Shown: positions 40,275 through 49,249 of the stretch, in pieces
Numbering within the stretch: position 1 is the first letter of the stretch
How the letters are laid out: each line of letters opens with the position of its first letter
IMG/VR virus record: IMGVR_UViG_3300031857_000156
Span: 79 to 64,078 of that record
Origin: a virus
Lineage: Duplodnaviria; Caudoviricetes
Length of the DNA: 64,000 nucleotides
Direction: 5' to 3' (one strand)
The notes under the pieces: generated by a model
The model's input: the letters and a program-made list of their open reading frames with translations, nothing else
Database searches by the model: none
What the model was told of the DNA's origin: nothing
Made by a program: the position numbers and the translations under genes

Positions 40275-40619
40275 ATGCGCTATTCAGTAACGACTCAGAA
40301 ATCCGAAAACGCCGTGTATGACCGCGACATCGACTGCTACTACATGAAGCAAAACGTCGTCGCGTTCACCGGCCTGTGCCAGGTCCGCGCAGAGCGGGAC
40401 GACTACTTCGGCGGCGAGGACAGTAAGCCGTTTCGATCAAAGGTCCTGCTGGACCCGACATGGCGGCAGCTCTTCGCCATCGCCAAGAAACAGCAGCAGG
40501 CCACAAGGGACGCCCACCACGACTTCTTCGAGGGCTTCTACGACACCGGCAAGGATGATCTGGCGGTGCACCCCAACAACCTGCCGGTGCGCATCATCGA
40601 GCTGGCGCTGGGGTCATAA
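40275..40619 (+). CDS. Hypothetical protein
   Basis: 114 aa with the shared ACCACAA...ACACCATG leader. Confidence 0.7.
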   Translation: MRYSVTTQKSENAVYDRDIDCYYMKQNVVAFTGLCQVRAERDDYFGGEDSKPFRSKVLLDPTWRQLFAIAKKQQQATRDAHHDFFEGFYDTGKDDLAVHPNNLPVRIIELALGS

Positions 40620-40812
40620 GATGCTAAACCTTGTCGAGTACATTCTTTACACATCCGTGACAATTGCAATTCTAATCGCAGCCGTTTCAACTATACTGGA
40701 GATGCTATGAAGATATTAGGTTTTTGCATGATGCTGTTTGGGTTCCTGCTAACCACGCAGGGGACATCGTGGAACGCGCTGATGTTGATGGCCGGCGGAT
40801 GCGCACTAATTT

Positions 40813-41400
40813 ATGGAGCATACCGACTTGAAAAGAGATAGGACAGCGCTGTCAGACTACATCCGGGTGCTGTACAGGCACCCGGTGCTGCCGGTGCAGG
40901 AAGAGGAAAGGCTGTCAGGCATGATACAGGCCGGAGACAACGCAGCGCTGGATAAACTGGTGCGGCACAATCTCCGGTTTGTTATTTCCGTGGTCAAGGA
41001 CATGCCGATTTGGCAGAATGGCTCGGTGCCTTTCGAGGACATTGTGGCCATCGGCAACGAGTCCCTGCTCAAGGCAGCCAGGAAGTGGGTGCCTCGTAAT
41101 GGCGCGAGGTTTGCAACGTACGCTAAGCCATTCATTGTCAAGGGTATCAGGAGGACCCTTGATAATGAATGGTCAATGATCCGCGTGCCGGTAAACATCC
41201 TCGAAGAGATACGCCGCATGAAGTATCTCGAGCGGGTTTTATCGCAAGAGCTCAGACGCGAGCCAACGCAGGCCGAGCTTGCCAATCGAATGAAAGTGCA
41301 CGAGAGCCGGATAGTCGAGCTGCAAAACTTACTGACTCTCGAGCCAGTATCGCTTGAGGCATACAATCAGGAGAAATTCCACGAGGAGAGCGAAGAATGA
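40813..41400 (+). CDS. Sigma70-family factor with regions 1.2, 2 and 3 only
   Basis: LSDYIR...EEERL (1.2), HNLRFV...RFATYA (2), IRVP...REPTQAELA...PVSLE (3); stops before region 4. Confidence 0.88.
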   Translation: MEHTDLKRDRTALSDYIRVLYRHPVLPVQEEERLSGMIQAGDNAALDKLVRHNLRFVISVVKDMPIWQNGSVPFEDIVAIGNESLLKAARKWVPRNGARFATYAKPFIVKGIRRTLDNEWSMIRVPVNILEEIRRMKYLERVLSQELRREPTQAELANRMKVHESRIVELQNLLTLEPVSLEAYNQEKFHEESEE

Positions 41401-41600
41401 CACCGATCCAAAAAGAGGTGTTCGATGAGCTGGGAAACCTAAAGCTTATCGAGGTGATCGACTCAGAGACCAGCCAACACATGGCTGACTTTCTGTGGGA
41501 TCCAAACGATGATCAGACCCCTGAGAATCGTAATAAGTTTAGAGACTGGGTTACTAACTGGGTGAATACCCGAATGAAAGGAAAGCAAAATGGAAACTAG
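41397..41600 (+). CDS. Hypothetical protein
   Basis: ATGA-coupled to the sigma gene. Confidence 0.65.
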   Translation: MTPIQKEVFDELGNLKLIEVIDSETSQHMADFLWDPNDDQTPENRNKFRDWVTNWVNTRMKGKQNGN

Positions 41601-41748
41601 GCAAGAACTAATCCTGAAATTTATGCTGGCTTTGGCCAGCTCAACCGAGGTCACGAGGATGTTTGCGCAGAATGACAGCTACCTCGTAGCCAATCGAGTG
41701 TACCTCAATGCGGCAAAACTTGCCGATCAGTACCTCGACCAAATCTAA
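41590..41748 (+). CDS. Hypothetical protein
   Basis: 52 aa ORF read by eye, AAGGA RBS. Confidence 0.55.
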   Translation: METRQELILKFMLALASSTEVTRMFAQNDSYLVANRVYLNAAKLADQYLDQI

Positions 41749-41752
41749 TGTA

Positions 41753-41771
41753 AATGAGAATCATTCGCATT
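41753..41771. promoter_or_regulatory. Fur-box-like site
   Basis: AATGAGAATCATTCGCATT resembles the Fur consensus. Confidence 0.55.
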
Positions 41772-41989
41772 TGTCAGGGGTTGCCGGGGTCGTGTCAGGG
41801 ATATGGACACGAGTTTCCATATACCACGCCCTCTGCAACCCATTGATTTAATTGATGAAAAAATTTGCTGTCAAGGGTTGCGGGGGTAGCGGGGGTCTAT
41901 TTCACTTTTATTTTTTATTTTTTAAAAAGAAAAATAAATTTAAGAGGGAAGTAGGTTTAGACCCCCGCAACCCCCGCAACCCTTGACAG
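41771..41989. repeat. Origin-like element, copy 2 (inverted relative to copy 1)
   Basis: Same palindromic arms at 41867-41899 and 41958-41989, AT-rich core, IHF-like site at 41836-41848; abuts the primase gene. Confidence 0.8.
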
Positions 41990-42029
41990 AGTTAAAGTAA
42001 AACTTTAAGTTTGTATTAGTAGAGGAACC

Positions 42030-44336
42030 ATGACCAGACCAACAGCACTACAAGTAAAATTCGACAACATACCCATGACCCTGAAGATGATTCCGCGGTG
42101 GGTTGTGTGGCAGTTTGTCGAGGTGGAAAATGGGGATGCCCGCAAATGGGCCAAAATTCCCCTACAAGCCGCTACTGGGCTTCGGGCTAGTAGCACCAAC
42201 CCCGACACCTGGGCGGACTTCCTAACAGCCCAAAAAGCCTATTTGACGGGCAAGTACGACGGCATCGGATTTGTCTTCATAAATTCTGACAATCTGATAG
42301 GCATCGACTTGGACGATTGTTTGGACGCAAATGGGCAAGTCACAACCGAAGACGCAGCCACGATGCTCGAGAATATCGACGGCTACGCTGAGAGGAGCCC
42401 ATCAGCGACGGGCGTGAAGATCTTCACCAGGACCGCGCTGCAGTCAGCGCACGTTGACCACGCCAAAGGCCTGGAGATCTACCCACACGCACGTTACTTC
42501 ACAGTGACGGGCCATCACATCCAGGGTGCCATACCCGAGCATGAAATTGATCTGTCCCCATTTATTCCACCCCGCACGATCCATAGATCGGGGGACGACT
42601 TTGCGGACTACACCCCGCCGGTGGACGACTATGACCTGGCGCGGGTGGAGCGGGAGATCCTCACCCACCTGCCGCCCGACTGCGGTTACACGGACTGGCT
42701 GACGGTGGGCATGGCGATGCATCACCAGTTCCAGGGCTCGGACGATGCGCTCGAGATGTGGGACAACTGGTCCTACCAAAATGGGGACTGTCCCTCGTAC
42801 TCGCCCAACGAGTGCCGGCGCAAGTGGGCGACGTTCTCCAAAAAGGGAGGGGCGACGCTGCGCTCGCTGATCTTCAAAATCAACCAGACAAAAAAGCAGG
42901 AGGCCCTAGCCCGCGGCGAGATCGTGCTAGATCAGGCCCCGCTGGACCACGCTCGCAACTTCTTGGAGGCTAACCACACAACCGAGGAGGGCGTGCGGCT
43001 GGTGCACTACGCGGAGGACTACTTCGTGCACAGGGCCACGCACTACGAGGAGGTGGAGGAGGCGACAATCCGTTCGCAGCTGTACAAGTTTTTGGACAAG
43101 TGCAAAAAGACGGACCGCAGGGGCAATCTCGTGCCGTTTATGCCGACGCCGGCGACTGTCACGGCCGCGCTCGATGCGACAAAGGCGCTCACGCACCTTG
43201 AGAACCACGCCAACACCAAGCCGCCGGTGTGGCTGGACGGCTACGCGCAGGGCAAGCCCGCGGCGTCAAAGCTCATCAGCGTCAAGAACGGCCTCTTCCA
43301 CCTGGAGGAGTCGGTGCTGCTGCCGCACAGTCTGGGGTTTTTTACGCAAAACAGTCTGCCGTTTGACTATGACCCGTACGCCAAATGTCCGACGTGGGAG
43401 ATGTTCCTCACGCAGATATGGGGCCACGATCAGGAGTCAATCGACACGCTGCAGGAGATCTTCGGCTACGTGCTGTCGGGAGACACGCGCCAGCAGAAAT
43501 TTTTTAACGTCATCGGTCCGCGCCGCTCAGGCAAGGGCACGATCAACAAGGTGCTGGTGGAGCTGCTCGGGCAGCACAACACCGTGGCGCCGGAATTAGG
43601 AGAACTTTGTGATACTTTCGGTCTTCAGCCTTGGCTGGGCAAGCTGCTCGCTAGTTTTACGGACGCAAGAGCACCGGAACGCAATCGAAGTGCTGTTGTC
43701 TCTCAGCTTTTACGGATTGTAGGGGGCGACACAGTCACGGTGAACCGCAAAAACAAAGAGGCCTGGAACGGCTATTTGCCAACGCGGATCATCGTGTACT
43801 CCAACGAGGTGTTGCAGCTGACAGAAAACAGCAACGCGCTGACTGGTCGCATGATCGTGCTCAAGATGACGCAGTCGTTTTACGGCAAAGAGGATACCGA
43901 GCTTGCATCTAAGCTGATGAAAGAGCTCTCGGGCATCTTTAATTGGAGCATGGTGGGCCTGCGCCGGCGGATGGAGCGCGGGGGCCATTTCCTGCAGCCA
44001 ACAAGTGGCGTGGACTTGCTCGAGATCATGGAGGATCTATCCAATCCGATCAATTTGTTTTACCGTGATGTCCTAATCGAGGACCCGGAGGGCACGGTGG
44101 ACAAAGACGATCTGTTTAAGGTCTTCAAAAAATGGTCACAGGAAAAGGGCATGCACCCCGGCACTGATCTGTCGTTCAAACGTAAATTCCTGGCAGCAAC
44201 GCAGGATAAGCCGATCTCAACCGCTGTCTCGAGGGTTGAGGGCCGACGGGAGAACGTGTACCGTGGCGTCAAGCTCACGGACAAGGCGCAGGGTTTCGTC
44301 AACAGTTTGAGTGAATTTAACGAAAGGATTTTCTGA
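42030..44336 (+). CDS. Primase-polymerase / PriCT-2 / D5-like SF3 helicase
   Basis: IGIDLDD and ERSPSATGVK (AEP), WLTVGMAMH...WDNWS (PriCT-2), Walker A GPRRSGKGT. Confidence 0.9.
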   Translation: MTRPTALQVKFDNIPMTLKMIPRWVVWQFVEVENGDARKWAKIPLQAATGLRASSTNPDTWADFLTAQKAYLTGKYDGIGFVFINSDNLIGIDLDDCLDANGQVTTEDAATMLENIDGYAERSPSATGVKIFTRTALQSAHVDHAKGLEIYPHARYFTVTGHHIQGAIPEHEIDLSPFIPPRTIHRSGDDFADYTPPVDDYDLARVEREILTHLPPDCGYTDWLTVGMAMHHQFQGSDDALEMWDNWSYQNGDCPSYSPNECRRKWATFSKKGGATLRSLIFKINQTKKQEALARGEIVLDQAPLDHARNFLEANHTTEEGVRLVHYAEDYFVHRATHYEEVEEATIRSQLYKFLDKCKKTDRRGNLVPFMPTPATVTAALDATKALTHLENHANTKPPVWLDGYAQGKPAASKLISVKNGLFHLEESVLLPHSLGFFTQNSLPFDYDPYAKCPTWEMFLTQIWGHDQESIDTLQEIFGYVLSGDTRQQKFFNVIGPRRSGKGTINKVLVELLGQHNTVAPELGELCDTFGLQPWLGKLLASFTDARAPERNRSAVVSQLLRIVGGDTVTVNRKNKEAWNGYLPTRIIVYSNEVLQLTENSNALTGRMIVLKMTQSFYGKEDTELASKLMKELSGIFNWSMVGLRRRMERGGHFLQPTSGVDLLEIMEDLSNPINLFYRDVLIEDPEGTVDKDDLFKVFKKWSQEKGMHPGTDLSFKRKFLAATQDKPISTAVSRVEGRRENVYRGVKLTDKAQGFVNSLSEFNERIF

Positions 44337-44560
44337 TGGAGACATGGGCAAAACCTGATCGGTGGGTCAAAATTGTTGCCACCAAAAAGCTGGGCTGCAT
44401 TCGTGCTGTTGATGAAAGAGGCCGACTGTCGATTGCAATCCCAAGCGAAAACGATTGGCCGTTTCCGACACGCGTATTTTGCGACATCGATAGCGTCGTG
44501 CCGGTAGGGGCTCCCAAAAAACCAAAGGTTGTGCATAACTTTGAGGAGGCGTTACTGTGA
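44336..44560 (+). CDS. Hypothetical protein
   Basis: Coupled ORF. Confidence 0.6.
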   Translation: METWAKPDRWVKIVATKKLGCIRAVDERGRLSIAIPSENDWPFPTRVFCDIDSVVPVGAPKKPKVVHNFEEALL

Positions 44561-45138
44561 ATGATTTTGACAAAGTGCTCGAGGACATCACACCGCGGTG
44601 TGTAGACATGCATCAGCATTTCCCCACGCTGCGTCGGCTGGCTAGCGAATGTGAGTCGTTCGTGGAGATGGGCGTGCGCGGGGCGTGCTCGGTGTGGGCG
44701 CTTGCTGCGGGGCTGGCTGAATCGCCGGCACCCAAAAAGTGGATGATCTACTTGGACATTGGTAACTGCAGGAGTCAGCTTCTCGAAGATACATGTGCAA
44801 AATACAACATCGACGCGCAGTGGATGCAGCACGACAGCCGCACCGTGTCTACGCCGCCAACAGACCTGTTGATGGTTGACACGCTGCACACTTACGGGCA
44901 GCTGGTGACCGAGCTTTTGCACCACCACCAGTGGGTAAACAAGTACATTGTCATGCACGACACCGAGGCGCCGTGGGGCATGCAAAACGAAGCCAACGAC
45001 GGATCGGCTAAGCAAGGTCTGCGTGCCGCGGTGCTGGATTTTTTGCTGATGTTCCCCAAAGAATGGGGCGTAAAAGAGCACCATTCTAATAGCCATGGAT
45101 TAACTATATTGGAGAGAAAAAATGCAAAAAGAACTTGA
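44557..45138 (+). CDS. Class I SAM-dependent methyltransferase (Methyltransf_24-like)
   Basis: VEMGVRGACS, DLLMVDTLHTY and IVMHDT motifs. Confidence 0.8.
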   Translation: MNDFDKVLEDITPRCVDMHQHFPTLRRLASECESFVEMGVRGACSVWALAAGLAESPAPKKWMIYLDIGNCRSQLLEDTCAKYNIDAQWMQHDSRTVSTPPTDLLMVDTLHTYGQLVTELLHHHQWVNKYIVMHDTEAPWGMQNEANDGSAKQGLRAAVLDFLLMFPKEWGVKEHHSNSHGLTILERKNAKRT

Positions 45139-45316
45139 ACAATTTAGACGGATTGTTAACAACGTGTGGGCGCGCTCGCTTGCAGCCATGATCGCTGTTG
45201 TAATCGGATTTGTATCGGGCATGCTGAGCGCGCAGTGGCGCATCATGGACGACTGCAAATTTATCAATAGCTTTCGGGTCGATAATCACGCATTCGCCTG
45301 CCAGCGCCGCATATGA
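45122..45316 (+). CDS. Small membrane protein
   Basis: TM helix and a Cys pair. Confidence 0.55.
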   Translation: MQKELEQFRRIVNNVWARSLAAMIAVVIGFVSGMLSAQWRIMDDCKFINSFRVDNHAFACQRRI

Positions 45317-45513
45317 AAAAGCCCCTACGGTTTGTAATTGAAACTGTGTTCTTGGCCGCTTTCTTGTTTGTTATGTTTGCATGGGGCATGCAACACGGCA
45401 AACGAGAAGCCCTGAAGACCGCGCTTTCGACTAACCCGGTGTCCGAAGAGCTCGAGATGGTTTGTCTCAGTATTTGGGCCACCGAACAAAACAAAAAGGT
45501 AAACCCAAAATGA
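45313..45513 (+). CDS. Small membrane protein
   Basis: TM helix, ATGA-coupled. Confidence 0.55.
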   Translation: MKKPLRFVIETVFLAAFLFVMFAWGMQHGKREALKTALSTNPVSEELEMVCLSIWATEQNKKVNPK

Positions 45514-45606
45514 CCGTCATCGTGTTACACGCCAAAAGTTTAGATCCGATATTCTTTGCGCTGTTTGCTATCGGGGTTGCAATGTTTGCTACATGGAGGA
45601 GCTACC

Positions 45607-45924
45607 GTGAAGATAAAAGTGAGTGGCGTTCCCTACGAGGTTGATAGTGAAAATTTAACGCAGGAGAGCAAAGTGAGCGACGGGGGCAAAGGCTCGGCGC
45701 CCAGGCCGATAGAAGATTGGGCGCGCTTTGAGAAGAACTGGGACGAGATATTTAAACCAGAAGTAAAGTCGCCATGCGTCGAGGTTTGCTTTTTAAACTT
45801 CGAGCAGGGCATGTGCATGGGCTGCAAACGCACACTGAATGAAATAGAAAACTGGTCTACGATGAACACAGAAGAAAAACGCGCGCTCATCGAGGCGTTG
45901 AAAACTAGGGAGCTTCATGGGTAA
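45607..45924 (+). CDS. Protein with a C-terminal DUF1289-like Cys domain
   Basis: SPCVEVC...CMGCKRTLNEIENW; GTG start after GGAGG. Confidence 0.7.
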   Translation: MKIKVSGVPYEVDSENLTQESKVSDGGKGSAPRPIEDWARFEKNWDEIFKPEVKSPCVEVCFLNFEQGMCMGCKRTLNEIENWSTMNTEEKRALIEALKTRELHG

Positions 45925-46498
45925 AAACTGGGGGTACTATCACGTCGACTGCGGCCACTTTCCGGCCGAGATAAAGCTGTGCTTTTCCAACGAGATGTTC
46001 CAGCGTGTGCTGCTCGATCACGGCATCACGGTCAAGGCCACCGCGCTGGATGAAGGCATAGCGGAGACGCACTATCTTACCGATGGCAAGATGGGCGTGA
46101 TTGTTATGGTGTTTGACTTAAAAGAATGCATCGACGAGGACCCGGCCTATCTAGCCGGAGTCATCGCGCACGAGGCCACACATTGCGTGTGCCGCGTGTT
46201 TGAGCACATTGGGGAAGAGCCAGACGAAATTGGCGAAGAGTCCCGCGCGTACCTCACCGAGCACATTGTGAAACAAATCACAACAGGCGTACGCATGGAG
46301 ATGGAAAAGAATGTTAGAAAAACAGATAGAGCAGTACCTGGGGAAAAAGGTAAAGGAAAACGGGGGGCTGAGCCTAAAGTGGATCAGCACAATAACGGGG
46401 GTGCCGGACCGAATAGTGTTCCTAAACCAAAAGATCCATCTGGTGGAGCTAAAAACAAGCGGCGGCGTATTGTCGGAAAGACAAAAGATAGTCTTTAA
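45917..46498 (+). CDS. HExxH (zincin-like) protein
   Basis: IAHEATH plus a downstream EESRAY; C-terminal tail overlaps the next gene. Confidence 0.6.
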   Translation: MGKNWGYYHVDCGHFPAEIKLCFSNEMFQRVLLDHGITVKATALDEGIAETHYLTDGKMGVIVMVFDLKECIDEDPAYLAGVIAHEATHCVCRVFEHIGEEPDEIGEESRAYLTEHIVKQITTGVRMEMEKNVRKTDRAVPGEKGKGKRGAEPKVDQHNNGGAGPNSVPKPKDPSGGAKNKRRRIVGKTKDSL

Positions 46499-46571
46499 AC
46501 AATTAGAACAACAGGGCTATCCAGTAACAATTTTGCGAAGCAAGGAGGAAGTTGATGGCTTTGTCACTTGA
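46311..46571 (+). CDS. VRR-NUC nuclease
   Basis: EKQIE...GVPDRI...VELK...LSERQ motifs. Confidence 0.88.
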   Translation: MLEKQIEQYLGKKVKENGGLSLKWISTITGVPDRIVFLNQKIHLVELKTSGGVLSERQKIVFKQLEQQGYPVTILRSKEEVDGFVT

Positions 46572-47007
46572 AAAACAATTGATGCGTAATTTTTTGTCTA
46601 ATGCAAAAAGAAGAGCAAAAAGAAAAAATTTACCATTTAATCTTGACAAAGACTATTTAAAATCCATCGTTCAGACACATTGCCCGGTATTTAAAACATC
46701 GTTTGTATGGGAGTGTTCTGGGCTTGGTAAAGGATTTACAAAGCCAAATTCCCCATCACTTGATCGAATTATTCCTGAGCTCGGTTATGTGAAGGGAAAT
46801 ATGGTTTTTATTTCGCACCTTGCCAATAAAATAAAACAAGATGCAACCGAAAAAGAATTGTATGCCGTAGCCGATTGGCTGCACGATAAACGCAAAGAGG
46901 TGTTAAATGCTTTTAAAGACAAATCTACATCCCTACCAGACTCGCCTGATACACCAGGCAGAAAAACTGCCGCACGTTGGCCTTTTCCTGGAGCCGGGCC
47001 TGGGTAA
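46552..47007 (+). CDS. HNH-like endonuclease
   Basis: CPVF...SPSLDRIIPELGYVKGN...ISHLANKIK; AT-rich. Confidence 0.75.
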   Translation: MMALSLEKQLMRNFLSNAKRRAKRKNLPFNLDKDYLKSIVQTHCPVFKTSFVWECSGLGKGFTKPNSPSLDRIIPELGYVKGNMVFISHLANKIKQDATEKELYAVADWLHDKRKEVLNAFKDKSTSLPDSPDTPGRKTAARWPFPGAGPG

Positions 47008-48241
47008 ATCGGTCACGGCATTAACTATTTTTACAGAAAGCAAACCAGGACGGACCCTGGTGGTTGCGCCTAAACGTGTTGCTGAATCTGTATGGGCGCA
47101 GGAATGTCAGAAGTGGGAGCATTTAAAAGATTTAAAAGTCACAAAGATCATGGGCACGCCGCGGGAGCGCCTGCTGGCATTGCACGGAAAATACGACATT
47201 TACATTATAAATGTCGACAATTTAGCGTGGCTTGTCGACAACTGGATACCAGGCAAATTTGATTATTTAATTATTGATGAAAGCTCTCGATTCAAAGACC
47301 CGAGCACAAAACGATTTAAAGCGCTTAAAACTGTGCTGAAGTCTTTCAAGCGCCGCATCATCACCACCGGCACGCCCACACCGCAAGGCCTTGGAGATCT
47401 GTGGTCTCAGGTGGCTATTCTTGATCTTGGTTCTAGGCTAGAAACAAGCCTTACAAAGTTTCGAGATAAATATATGCATGCCACCGAGCGCAATCGGCAC
47501 ACCAACGTGGTGTACAAATGGGAAGTGCGCCCCAATATGGACAAAGTAATTACAGACAAAATATCGGACATTTGTTTTAGTTTAAAAGCGGAAGATTATT
47601 TGACGCTACCCAAGCTGACAAATCTCTACCACAAAATAGAGCTTGAGTCGGACACAATGGAAAAGTATAAATATCTCAAAAAGGAGATGGTCAGTGAGAT
47701 CGATGGTCAGCAAATTACGGCGGTTACGGCGGCGGCGCTTGTCAATAAGCTTTTACAGTTTACCAGTGGCACCCTTTACACCGAAGACAACGGTCGTGCG
47801 TTCGCACACTCAGCCAAGATTGAATTTCTGGAGTCGCTTGTTGAAGAAAACAGCGCCCCGACTTTGGTCTTTTATCACTATAAATCGGCGTTAGAAAAGC
47901 TGCGGGAAACTTTTCCGGAGGCCGAGTTACTAACAGACGACAACATAGAAGGGTGGAGAGATGGCAAAATCAAGATGATGCTAGCGCATCCGCAGTCAGG
48001 AGGCATTGGATTAAACCTACAGTGCAACGTAGGCGATGTGGCGCAGTGTGTTTGGTACGACTTACCTTGGAGCTCAGAAAACTACATCCAGGCCAACGCG
48101 CGCATTTACCGGCAGGGACAAACAAAGCCGGTGATCATTCATCATCTGATGATTAAAAAGACAATCGACGAGCAAGTTATAAAAGTGCTGGAGGGTAAGA
48201 TCAGCCTGCAAGACGCGCTCATGGATTCATTAAAAATATGA
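46907..48241 (+). CDS. SNF2-family helicase
   Basis: PYQ, PGLGKS, IIDESS, TGTP, GIGLNLQ and QANARIYRQGQ motifs. Confidence 0.93.
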   Translation: MLLKTNLHPYQTRLIHQAEKLPHVGLFLEPGLGKSVTALTIFTESKPGRTLVVAPKRVAESVWAQECQKWEHLKDLKVTKIMGTPRERLLALHGKYDIYIINVDNLAWLVDNWIPGKFDYLIIDESSRFKDPSTKRFKALKTVLKSFKRRIITTGTPTPQGLGDLWSQVAILDLGSRLETSLTKFRDKYMHATERNRHTNVVYKWEVRPNMDKVITDKISDICFSLKAEDYLTLPKLTNLYHKIELESDTMEKYKYLKKEMVSEIDGQQITAVTAAALVNKLLQFTSGTLYTEDNGRAFAHSAKIEFLESLVEENSAPTLVFYHYKSALEKLRETFPEAELLTDDNIEGWRDGKIKMMLAHPQSGGIGLNLQCNVGDVAQCVWYDLPWSSENYIQANARIYRQGQTKPVIIHHLMIKKTIDEQVIKVLEGKISLQDALMDSLKI

Positions 48242-48546
48242 ATGTAATAAAATATAAAAAGAACGCAGCAGCCCCTCGTTTGTCCGACGAAGAGCCGGAT
48301 CTGATGGAGCAGGAGGATGTCGAGGGGATAACGATCACGCAGGGGGATGGATGGCTGCCGTGGACTCACGATGACTTAATTGATATACGTCGCGTCATAG
48401 ACGAACGTATGCCAATTAAGCAACGTGAAATCATGGAAGCTTTTCTGATGGGCAACACAGCCGCGGACTTGGGGGTGACAGAGAAGTACTGGCGCTATCA
48501 CTTCAAACGCGCGGTGGAGATTATTAAAAAGGAGCTGGGGGTATGA
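48238..48546 (+). CDS. Stand-alone sigma region 4-like HTH protein
   Basis: RMPIKQREIM...GNTAADLGVT...HFKRAVEIIKKELG resembles sigma70 region 4. Confidence 0.55.
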   Translation: MNVIKYKKNAAAPRLSDEEPDLMEQEDVEGITITQGDGWLPWTHDDLIDIRRVIDERMPIKQREIMEAFLMGNTAADLGVTEKYWRYHFKRAVEIIKKELGV

Positions 48547-48791
48547 AACATTACAGCAGGCTAACGGAATTGGAAACTGTTTTTATAGACTTGGATATGA
48601 TTGTCTCTACCATGCGCGCTATTTCCGGCGGCGTCGAGGAAATCAACATGCGCGACACGGTAAACACGATGTATTTTTTGACAGATCAAATTGAAAAAGT
48701 TTCTAATCAAGGGATGGATTGTTTCCAAATACTTTTTGAGGAAATAAAAAATGAAAAGCCAGAAAAAAAGCCCGTTCGCAAAGCCAAATAG
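48543..48791 (+). CDS. Hypothetical protein
   Basis: Coupled ORF. Confidence 0.6.
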   Translation: MKHYSRLTELETVFIDLDMIVSTMRAISGGVEEINMRDTVNTMYFLTDQIEKVSNQGMDCFQILFEEIKNEKPEKKPVRKAK

Positions 48792-49014
48792 GTTTGATTT
48801 AGAGCAGGCGCTTCTGGTTTTGTGGGGGTCTGCAGAAGACGTAATGTTGTTTTTCGAGCACTACTATGAGCATCACGAATCCATGTCCGCGGATGATGTG
48901 GCAAACACGCTGCTGGGGTTGCATCAGCTAATCCACATGCGCGGACAAAAAGCCTTTAACATTTTTGAAAGTCTTGTACATGAAAATCCCAAAAAATCTG
49001 TTGACACCATTTAA
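48751..49014 (+). CDS. Hypothetical protein (RFDLEQ motif)
   Basis: 87 aa, GAGG RBS. Confidence 0.65.
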   Translation: MKSQKKSPFAKPNRFDLEQALLVLWGSAEDVMLFFEHYYEHHESMSADDVANTLLGLHQLIHMRGQKAFNIFESLVHENPKKSVDTI

Positions 49015-49127
49015 AAACCCTTTTGTTGAAGCCAAGCGCCAGGAGCTGGCCATAGCAATGACAAAGAAAATGATTAACGAGGCCATAAAGGACGGCAAAG
49101 GTCTGGCCAAACAACGTGATGAAATGC

Positions 49128-49158
49128 AGGGCAAAAAGCCTAAAGATTCTGCATAAGT
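49128..49158 (+). promoter_or_regulatory. Bipartite phage promoter AGGGC-N18-GCATAAGT
   Basis: Exact spacing; upstream of the ncRNA region. Confidence 0.75.
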
Positions 49159-49249
49159 AGTAGTAAGCACGTCGGGAGACGCCCTACTACCCCGGACGCC
49201 TCTAATGGGTTGCGACTACGCGGCCGGGCGCACCACCGGGGACCCCTAT

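Noticed and set aside
44317-45096. 259-aa minus-strand ORF
   Set aside because: Antisense to a clear methyltransferase in a plus-strand operon.
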